Shown piece after piece: positions 54,701 to 64,000 of a stretch of 64,000 nucleotides of DNA. Source of the stretch: Octopus sinensis (lineage: Eukaryota); NCBI RefSeq assembly GCF_006345805.1, contig NC_042998.1, forward strand, positions 31,868,001-31,932,000, in the 5' to 3' direction. Made by a program: the position numbers and the translations under genes. How positions within the stretch are numbered: the stretch's first letter is position 1; every line of letters begins with the position of its first letter. The notes beneath the pieces are model-generated. The model was not told the origin of the DNA and did no database searches. It worked only from the letters and a program-made list of their open reading frames with translations.

Positions 54701-55658
54701 GATGACCACATTTGGCTTGTTAGTCAATGAAGATATATGAACCAAAGCAAGTTAATAAAGCTCAGCAATTTAATATAACACGCATGCCAATCATGCGATA
54801 AATGCTGATTTTATATTGTTGAGTTGAAAGCACACGTGACTGTACAGAATGTACGACGCTTAATCAAGAAGAGACAGTTATGCAGTAGTTGTCGCATGTT
54901 GGCATCATTATTCGAAATAAAAAAAATGTTGTCATCACTTCGCGGCACATTAGCAAGCAGTGGCAATACTTAATATTTAGTGAACTTCTATATATACGTA
55001 CATATACATACACACATACATACGTACATATATATAACGAACTAACTGTTACTTTCTCAGATGCAGCACGGTTTTTTTTTTGTCAGTGAACAGGTCGCGG
55101 TCTTAAAGCGACGAAAATATTTTGACAAATTGAACTTAAATGTTGAAGTGAATCGAACGGTTTTGTGTGTTTCTTAAATGGCTTACAAGCACCTTCCACG
55201 CTGCAATTGTTTTCGTTCCAGCACACGATCTCAGATCAAATCACTTGCTATACAAGTACATCTCTATAATCAATTTTTCGACAATTAAAGAAGCAGAAGG
55301 GAAAAGATTATTTAAAGTATTTTACTAGGGGCAGTTTGTTCACAGTTCATTCGTTGACTACAAAGGCAGCACATCTAGCTTAAGTTTTTGAATTTATGAA
55401 CAGATTAAACAGGATGTGAGTTTACAAGGAATAATTTTATAAAATGAGCCATTTTTAATACGTATACCTGGTGTTGTATTGGTAAGCAGTTTTTTAACCT
55501 TCACCCGGTCATGCTTAAACTTTATGCAAGTGATAATGAAGTGTCTGGGTGGTTGGGAAAAATTTGAAATTTTCGAACAATTGCAAACTGCATTTTAAAA
55601 ATGTTTGTTTGTATGTACATGTTTGAATGTATGACAACGCAAATATATACATATATAT

Positions 55659-56090
55659 AGGCGCAGGAATGGCTATAGGCGAAGGAGTGGCTGTGTGGTA
55701 AGTTGCTTGCTAACCAGCCACATGGTTCCGGGTTCAATCCCACAGCGTGGCATCTTGGGCAAGTGTCTTCTGCTATAGCCCCCCCGGGCCGACCAATGCC
55801 TTGTGAGTGGATTTGGTAGACAGAAACTGAAAGAAGCCTGTCGTATATATGTATATATATATGTATATGTGTGTGTGTGTTTGTGTGTCTGTGTTTGTCC
55901 CCCTAGCATTGCTTGACAACAGATGCTGGTGTACTTACGTCCCCGCCACTTAGCGGTTCGGCAAAAGAGACCGATAGAATAAGTACTGGGCTTACACAGA
56001 ATAAGTCCCGGGGTCGATTTGCTCGACTAAAGGCGGTGCTCCAGCATAGCAGCAGTCAAATGACTGAAACAAGTAAAACGAGTAAAAAGA
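55659..56090 (+). mobile_element. SINE type B, full length, with duplicated 5' start
   Basis: GTGGCTGTGTGG A-box-like, GGTTCAATCCC B-box, CORE-like CTTGGGCAAGTGTCTT, internal TA/TG tract, A-rich tail. Confidence 0.92.
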
Positions 56091-56536
56091 GAGTATATGT
56101 ATACTTATGTACATACCTAAAGATACATGTGTATATACATACTCTTTAGTTCTTACCCAACTAGACTCAACACTACCGAAGCATGTTTTTATATCTCATC
56201 TTTCACAATCGTTTTATTAATATCCGAACGAATTATGCGACATGGACTCAATGCAGTCTCTTGTAACAACATAATTTTTCTTCTGTTACGACCTTTCTGA
56301 TGTATCCTTCATTTTTGCACCGAGGAGAAAGGTAATACATAATTAAATAAATTTAATTATAATTAATTTAATCTCTTCCATGTTTTTTACATGCTGGTGT
56401 TACCATTTGAAGCGATCGTATGCATGGATTAAAATTTTATAAAACTTTTAACATCTCTTCTTCGTTTTTAATTGTTTGTTGAGCTTATATAGGACTGTGT
56501 TGCATAAATGCTCATAATACACCTTATACATACATA

Positions 56537-56618
<82 letters not shown>

Positions 56619-56626
56619 GTATATAT

Positions 56627-57276
56627 AAATCAGGGCTAAGTAAATTAGTTTGGCGTCTTAAAGACAATAATATAGATTTTAAGTTAGATTGGTTCATACT
56701 GTCTGTATCCTTTCCTTTTGATAAGGACTGGAGATTTTGTAACATTTGCAACTCTGAACACTTCTATATTCTCTTCTCTAAGGATCCCCTTGTAAACACA
56801 CTTATTGAGAAATCGTACAAAAGTAAACACTGGCAGAAACATACATTTTACTCATATAAATGATTTCGATATTCATTACAGTTTGACAATTAGCTTAACG
56901 TGCACTCCACTTCAATAGAGAAATTCTTTCCTAAGCCTTTGAACATTCTTTTAATCAACGTACTCCTCCCTCTCTACTTGTTCCCTACTTATTATTCCTT
57001 TAACCCTTCTCTTCCTACTATCTAACTTTGACGTCAATTCTACTAACGGTTTTTTTAAAACACTTATTATCGTTTTGTTTACCATGTAGGCAGTCATCGC
57101 AATTATTGTTTTGTCTTGTTGTTGAGAGAGGCTCCCTTTCTTTCCTGATGAGAAGATTGCATCTTGCACCGTTTATTCCTTTGGAATAAAACCATGTTGT
57201 CTTCGAAACATATGTCGAGAGTAAAGGAATTTTGTTAACATCTTCGTTCAACTCCATTTATATATTTATTCATTTA
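56627..57276 (+). mobile_element. Naiad-like Penelope 3' fragment, copy 1 (GIY-YIG C-terminus plus pseudo-LTR)
   Basis: Uninterrupted frame 56627-56863: KSGLSKLVWRLKDNNIDFKLDWFIL...CNICNSEHFYIL...LVN...KHWQK (LSKxxWxLKD..W.I..CxLCxxE..LN..CRH pattern of Naiad PLEs). Confidence 0.8.
57140..57221 (+). ncRNA. Type I hammerhead ribozyme
   Basis: Stem I CTTTC/GAGAG; CTGATGA 57145-57151; stem II GAAGA..TCTTC with inner hairpin; GAAA; palindromic CATATG; GUC with predicted cleavage after 57216. Confidence 0.85.
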
Positions 57277-57311
57277 TATATATATATATATATATATGTA
57301 TATGTATATAT

Positions 57312-57962
57312 AAATCAGGGCTAAGTAAATTAGTTTGGCGTCTTAAAGACAATAATATAGATTTTAAGTTAGATTGGTTCATACTGTCTGTATCCTTTCC
57401 TTTTGATAAGGACTGGAGATTTTGTAACATTTGCAACTCTGAACACTTCTATATTCTCTTCTCTAAGGATCCCCTTGTAAACACACTTATTGAGAAATCG
57501 TACAAAAGTAAACACTGGCAGAAACATACATTTTACTCATATAAATGATTTCGATATTCATTACAGTTTGAACAATTAGCTTAACGTGCACTCCACTTCA
57601 ATAGAGAAATTCTTTCCTAAGCCTTTGAACATTCTTTTAATCCACGTACTCCTCCCTCTCTACTTGTTCCCTACTTATTATTCCTTTAACCCTTCTCTTC
57701 CTACTATCTAACTTTGACGTCAATTCTACTAACGGTTTTTTTAAAACACTTATTATCGTTTTGTTTACCATGTAGGCAGTCATCGCAATTATTGTTTTGT
57801 CTTGTTGTTGAGAGAGGCTCCCTTTCTTTCCTGATGAGAAGATTGCATCTTGCACCGTTTATTCCTTTGGAATAAAACCATGTTGTCTTTGAAACATATG
57901 TCGAGAGTAAAGGAATTTTGTTAACATCTTCGTTCAACTCCATTTATATATTTATTCATTTA
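57312..57962 (+). mobile_element. Naiad-like Penelope 3' fragment, copy 2 (tandem)
   Basis: Near-identical to copy 1, period 685-686 bp. Confidence 0.8.
57826..57907 (+). ncRNA. Type I hammerhead ribozyme, copy 2 (C11.1U)
   Basis: As copy 1, but T at 57890 makes the stem II closing pair G-U. Confidence 0.75.
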
Positions 57963-57978
57963 TATATATATAATATAT

Positions 57979-58013
<35 letters not shown>

Positions 58014-58094
58014 GCGAAGAGGGAGATAGAGAGAGAGGGGAATACAGGAGGGTAAATACAAACTGTCAAAACCTTTAGTTTTCAAAATATATAG

Positions 58095-58425
58095 AACAAG
58101 AGCACCCACAGAATGCAAACCTCCGCCAAGGTAACCCCAAAGTCCTCTCTATGATTAGCCGGAGATGAGTTTCAAAATGAGAATATCTGAAATAAATTCG
58201 ACTACTCTCACAAACGGTAATACTAAAATGAACTCGACCGCTCTCAAAAATTAAGTAAAAAAAAGAAAACGGAAAAAATAATCCAGAATACTTGTCCGGT
58301 ACCGGATCGATCCCAAATTCTAATCAGTTTGTACCAGTCATGAGACCAAATATCCCTGAAAGTTTCTTCTGAATCCGTCCAGTGGTTCTTGCGATATCTT
58401 GTCCACGGACAAGCAAACAACCATA
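58095..58425 (+). mobile_element. Helentron-associated non-autonomous element (HINE/DINE-like), 3' truncated
   Basis: Starts AACAAGAG...ACCTCCGCCAAGG (sub-TIR-like), TCCGGTACCGGA palindrome, aaagtttc..gaatccgtcc..gatatc..acggacaa block typical of such elements. Confidence 0.6.
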
Positions 58426-59408
58426 ACTGCAAAGAATGTCCATGTCGCATATTTAGTAAAACTAAATCAAGGCATTCAACACAGAATGTGTGTGTGTGTG
58501 TGTGTGTGTGTCAGTGTGTTTGTGTGTATGTATGTGTGTGCGTGTGTCTGTATATGTATGTACGGATGTATGTAGTTGTAATCCGCTGTTTTGTCATTAA
58601 GAAAATCAAAAACACACAACTAAGTCTGAGAACTGCTGGAGAATAGTTATGTATATACAATTCAGGCAATTGTATGTACCTCCCTCTACATATATTCAGC
58701 ATTATTATTGTATTCCTGATTTATTTCAACATCAAGTGACTAAAATATAAGCAGTGAGAACAAATTAGGATGTAACTCACTACTTAAACCCATAATCCAT
58801 TTTACTGTAATAACTTCAGTATTTTTACATTCCGGAATAATGATATTATGTAACACATTTAAGCCTGGTTTATATCCTTTGCTTCAATACATTATGGTTG
58901 TTTACGAAATATAACGAACATTTTTTACCTACCAATACTAATTTATGATATTTGTCGACGTATTTATATCATATAAATCATTGTTCAAATTATTCGTGCA
59001 AATATTTTACGATGTATGAATTTGTTAACGAGATTGATTTATTTCAAGTTCCAATATATTAAAGGAGAATGAAGAGTATGCTTAGGAATAGGAATTAAAA
59101 CAAACTTGATAAAAAATATATTGAGAGAGAGAGAGAAGGAGAGATAGGGGAAGAGGGACAGGGAGAGAGAGGGGGACAGAGACAGATATTATGAGAGTGA
59201 GGAAGTATAAATAGCTTGAATGTGTAAAGTAGTATCAGTAGGCGTGAATGTATGTGGCGATGGGGGTGAGCATGCGAGTGTGTGTGTATGTGTTTGTAAA
59301 GCTAATATTACAGAATACAGCAAAGCAAGCACACACTATACATTGGTATAGATCTAACTGGGAAAGCGGGCTGTGAATGTGTGTGTTTGTGTAAATAATA
59401 TATGTGGG

Positions 59409-59491
<83 letters not shown>

Positions 59492-59494
<3 letters not shown>

Positions 59495-59881
59495 CGCACG
59501 AGTGGGTGTACGGTTAGTAGCTTGCTTACCAACCACATGGACTTAGGTTTAGTCCCACTGCGTGGCACCTTGTGTAAGTGTCTTCTACTATAGCTTCAGC
59601 CCAACCAAAGCCTTCTCAGTGGATTTGGTAGACGGAAACTAGAAGACGCCCTTCGTATATTTGCATATATATATATAGTTAATCCAAACAAGAAAACACA
59701 GAAAAAAAACACAGCAACCCAGGACGTGGAACAATTAAAGTATTATTGACGCACAGGAAAGAAGGGAAGGAGGGTTTTCAACGTTTCGAGCGGAGCTCTT
59801 CGTCGGAAACAAGGAGAAGGAAAGATCCCAAGAAGGGAAGACAGAGGAAAAAATATTTGAGCTGGTGGTGCTCAAGAGATC

Positions 59882-59924
<43 letters not shown>

Positions 59925-60175
59925 GTGCAAGTGTATATATGTATGTGTGTGTGTATATGCTTGTGTGTCAGTGTTTGTGACCCCAATCATCGCTTGACAA
60001 CCGATGGTGGTGTGTTTGCGTCTCCATAACCTAACGGTTTGGCAAAAGAGAATGATAGAAAAATACTAGGCTTACAAAGAAAAGAATAAACTCTGGGATC
60101 AATTTGCTCGAATAAAGGCGGTGCTCCAACATAGCTGCAATCAAATGGCTGAATTAGGTAAAAGAATAAAAGAAT
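59492..60175 (+). mobile_element. SINE type B with a family-F-related insert (59677-59880) in its TA tract
   Basis: Both SINE halves present; insert reverse complement has CCGACGAA-GAGC TCC GCTC-GAAA-CGTT. Confidence 0.85.
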
Positions 60176-60182
60176 ACACACT

Positions 60183-60224
<42 letters not shown>

Positions 60225-60290
60225 CACATATGTTTATTTATATAGATATAAGTACACATGAATATGGACATAAATATGTAAATATATATG

Positions 60291-60598
60291 TTCTTTTATT
60301 CTTTTATCTCTTTCAGTTATTTGACTGAGGCCATGCTGGAGCACCGCCTTTAGTTGAACGAATCGAGCCCAGGAATTATTCTTTGTAAGACTAGTTACTT
60401 ATCTTATCGGTTCCTTTTGCTGAACCGTTAAGTTGCGGAGACATAAACACACCAACAAGAGATGGTGGGGGGGAGGGCAAACACAGACACACAAACATAT
60501 ACATATAGACGTATACGACGGGCTTCTTTCAGTTTACGTCTACCAGATCCACTCACGTGGCTTCGATCACCCCGAGACTATAGCAGAAGACACTTGCT
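60291..60598 (-). mobile_element. SINE type B, 5' truncated
   Basis: Reverse complement of the type B 3' and middle parts. Confidence 0.85.
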
Positions 60599-62083
60599 AG
60601 TCCGGTGACAATCACTAAATCGTGGGCTCGATTTCCAGACCGAGCAGCGCATTTTTGTTCTTGAGCAAAACCCTCCGTTTCACTTCGCTTCATACAATCC
60701 ACTCAACTGTAAAGGAATAAGCCTGCGCCGGACTGTTTTCCCGATCTGGCAAAATGTTGGCCTGCTTCCCCATCCAGCAGCGTGTCGTTATTCGTAAATT
60801 GAAACGATGCAAATCGCAATGTGATCAGCGATGTATAACAACATGCGATAATCTGGTCGTTCACGTGATATATATTTACACGCATATGATTGCGCTAAGA
60901 GCACACCTGCACAAATACCTATATGCATCCATCATTTTCATCTTTGAAAGTTAGTGCTTGGGTGATTTCGCTCCAGAACATTAAAGCAGTACGCAATACG
61001 TTGATTAGAAGTTTCGGATGTACTCCGACACAGAACTCGTTATATGTGTATCCAGTGCTTTCAAAACCGGTAAACATCACATTGAGTAGATGTCCATCTG
61101 TATTTGCATCAATTGAATAGGTGCAATCAGTTCAATCCGTGGTGTTTAAAATCAATAAGTGTACTGTGAAAATTGCAAAATATTCTTCTGAAATACTAGA
61201 TATGTCCTGGGATGTCTACGAAGGAATAACGAAAGAGTGTGGCAGGTGTCCACTTCTAATTGATGACCACACATACGCATCTGCCACAGATATTTATAGA
61301 TATACATATATGTGTGTATATGTGTGTATGAGCGTGTGCATGTGTGTGTGTGTGTGTGTGTTTATTTTATCACTGGTATACTGGAATCCACAAAATGATA
61401 ACAGTTTTTCATGGCAGTAATTGAAGCCAGTAACTTGTAAGCCTGGCTTTCGTTACTATATCATATAATAACAACACAATTAAGAATCAACTGAAAAGAA
61501 TGCCCGAGTACGAATACACATTTGCAGAAAGAAAATCGAAATCTCATTTTCAGATATAGCAAATATTTACTGAAACACGTAGCAACTTTACAAAACCGAG
61601 GGGCAAAATTCTGATGAAACGAATAAGCATAAATAAGAAATTGTACGTACTTAGTGAAATAATAGTTTATACAATAACCTCGGCAAATGATGCGGAAGCA
61701 AATTATTTAGTATTATGAATTCTATTTCGCTATCCAAATACTGTGGAAACATGTAAATATTTATCGTTAAGATTTATTGTTAGCCAATAAATTATCAACA
61801 CATGAGCTAACACTGTATTGACGTTAATAATCTACTAATAAGCTTGTTTAATGCACTAAGTTGTATTCCTTCTTATTATCGAATTTCCTACAAAATTTGT
61901 AGATTGCTTCGAAGATTAGTCTCTTATACGTGATCAATATATATTTATACAAAGCATTTATATAAACCGTAACTAAGACAGCACTATATATAAAGTTATT
62001 TTCTGTGATTAGAAATGATATTGAAAATGACAGACATCAAAATTAGGTAATGCACTTCTATATTTAAGAGATGAGGAATTTTG

Positions 62084-62240
62084 TACATTATTTACATTAT
62101 TTACAATATACGTCCTCATCTTGTTTGTTAACACAACGTTTCGGCTGATATACTCTCCAGCCTTCATCAGGTGTCTTGGGGAAATTTCGAACCTGGGTTC
62201 TCATTCCTAAGGTATTTTTCGATGTTGATGTTATTATTAT
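62084..62240 (-). mobile_element. Hammerhead-containing PLE-like repeat, left arm
   Basis: Inverted copy of 62806-62960. Confidence 0.85.
62130..62175 (-). ncRNA. Minimal type I hammerhead ribozyme
   Basis: GACAC-CTGATGA-A-GGCTG..CAGCC-GAAA-CGTT-GTGTT; stem I GACAC/GTGTT; palindromic AACGTT stem III. Confidence 0.8.
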
Positions 62241-62805
62241 TATTTTTTCCTTCTTTCTTCAAATTTTCCTCCATTTCTCGCCGCGTGTTTTCCGTACACC
62301 TAGGGCAGAGAAGCTTATTGTATGCATTCCCAAATTACACACGCAAATTCACAGGTAAAATATGTATTTAAAAAAATTAATAAATAAATTCATGAATGGA
62401 TGTTGTTTTCACAGCAATAATACTCTTCTCAGTACATGAGTCATTCCAGTTAACACGATTTTTTGCACTTCCTGTAAGGATGGTAAGCCTGGTATCATTT
62501 TCAAATGGGTTTCCGTACCTTGTTTTATCATTCCTAGAGATCTTACAATCACTGGTACTGTAGTCGCCTTGAGATGCCACATGTTTTCAATTTCTATCAG
62601 AAAGTCTTTATATTTACCGATCTTGTCAAACTCTTTCGTCGCTATATTGTGATCGCAAGGAATACTCATGTCAATTAATAAACACACCTTTTTTTGTCTG
62701 ATCTTTTATAATAATATCCGGTTTTATTAGCTTTTATAGTTTTCTCGGTATGTATGGGGAAGTCCCATAGAATCGACATATTTTCTCCCTCAGTCACAGC
62801 TTTTG
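62231..62805 (-). mobile_element. 3' end of an R4/Dong-like RLE non-LTR retrotransposon with (TAA)n tail
   Basis: ILWDFPIHTEKTIKANK, frameshift, CLLIDMSIPCDHNIATKEFDKIGKYKD..IEI..MW..TVPVIV..LG; then 3' UTR and (AAT)n. Confidence 0.85.
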
Positions 62806-62960
62806 TAATAATAATAACATCGAAAAGTACCTTAGGAATGAGAACCCAGGTTCGAAATTTCCCCAAGGCATCTGATGAAGGGTGGAGGGTATGTCAGCCG
62901 AAACGTTGTGTTAACAACAAGCAAGATGAGGACAAATATCCGTCAAATGTAAATAATGTA
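62806..62960 (+). mobile_element. Hammerhead-containing PLE-like repeat, right arm (HHR at 62867-62912)
   Basis: GGCAT-CTGATGA-A-GGGTG..CAGCC-GAAA-CGTT-GTGTT; ends in an AATGTAAATAATGTA repeat. Confidence 0.85.
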
Positions 62961-63009
62961 ACTAATCAAAATTAGGATATAATAAAAAATAAAATGAATT
63001 AAAGACATT

Positions 63010-63145
63010 TGCTCGGTACACTGTAAAAGTTTTTAAAATCCATATATTCTGCCAAGGTTGACTTGGTTTTCAAAAATTTGGGGTCGATGAAATAAGTATC
63101 AGTTGAGCACTTGGGTTGGTGTAATCGACTTACCCATTCTCCCAC
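63010..63145 (+). mobile_element. Degraded SINE type A
   Basis: ggggtcgatgaaataagtatcagttgagcacttggg...taatcgactta. Confidence 0.65.
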
Positions 63146-63666
63146 TTATTATGGGTTAGCCTAATAAGTGCAGCATCATGTAATTTCGACAATCTGTTGA
63201 GTTGAATAGTAATAGTCAGAATATTATTATAAAACTGAACATTAAATTGAGATGCACTTTCCAGTTATGCCTCACTTAAATCCTGGGACATGGAAGAAAA
63301 CACTATCAACACTTAAGTTATATCTCAACTGATAGACAAAAGTGTTATTATTTTCCTTGCAGCAATAATTGTTACTTGGCTCTCGACTAGCATGAATCTT
63401 TGTCTTGTACTAACATATGAATTTGTATTTAGAATGTCGTAGAAATCTGCTGCAAGGAAAATGACTACTACAAATCTGTGAGATATTATTTTTGAAGTAT
63501 TTCATAAGTATTTCCCTGCTAAATCGTAGTTCGGTGTCTCATGCTTCAGTTCAGATCGAATGCTTTAAATATGAAGCAATTATTGTGAATTAAATGTATA
63601 CTTGCACTAAATACACAACGTCGATGGGCTTAGTTTTTTTTTTTACCTCAATATTGATTAAATGTT

Positions 63667-63860
63667 AGGGCGGCGAGCTTACAGAACTCATACCGAGCCG
63701 GAAAAACGCTTACCGGCATTTCGTCCGCCATTACGTACTGTGTTCAAATTCCGGTGAGGCTCACTTTGCTTTTTACCCTTTTGGGTGAGCACTAGTGTCG
63801 ATGTAACCGACCTATCCCTTTTCCTGAATCGCTTGATTTGCGCTAAAATTTGAAACTATT
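63667..63860 (+). mobile_element. Degraded SINE type A
   Basis: agggcggcgagctt...gttcaaattcc... Confidence 0.75.
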
Positions 63861-63914
63861 ATTTCCATTCTTACAGTGACCCACATAATATTTCAAATCA
63901 AAACACAGTAAATC

Positions 63915-64000
63915 TATTTCTTTACTACCCACAAGGGGCTAAACACAGAGAGGACAAACAAGAACAGACAAACGGATTAAGTAGATTATATCGACCCCAG
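63915..64000 (-). mobile_element. SINE type A tail, continues past the window edge
   Basis: tatttctttactacccacaaggggctaaacacagagaggacaaac. Confidence 0.85.

Overview
AT-rich, microsatellite-dense animal DNA, most likely an octopus (coleoid cephalopod). That inference rests on a mitochondrial atp6 insertion that reads in the invertebrate mitochondrial code, tRNA-derived SINE families resembling octopus SINEs, and extreme (TA)n/(TACA)n density. No intact protein-coding gene could be supported. Most listed ORFs are microsatellite translations, and only a few weak minus-strand exon candidates were seen, so the window looks intronic or intergenic. It is dominated by mobile DNA: about 30 copies of five tRNA-SINE types that share and swap head, body and tail modules; Penelope-like (PLE) remnants, including a tandem Naiad-like 3' end with a well-formed hammerhead ribozyme; three RLE-type non-LTR fragments; Tc1, mariner and piggyBac relics with MITEs; a canonical non-autonomous Helitron; and a Helentron-type element. 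The most unusual signal is a set of short inverted-repeat (foldback) elements in (TA)n/(TAA)n tracts. Many carry minimal type I hammerhead folds whose core 3-8 pair co-varies (C-G, U-A, A-U), and a multi-copy family carries an A6U core. All calls were made by eye, and boundaries of degraded elements are approximate.
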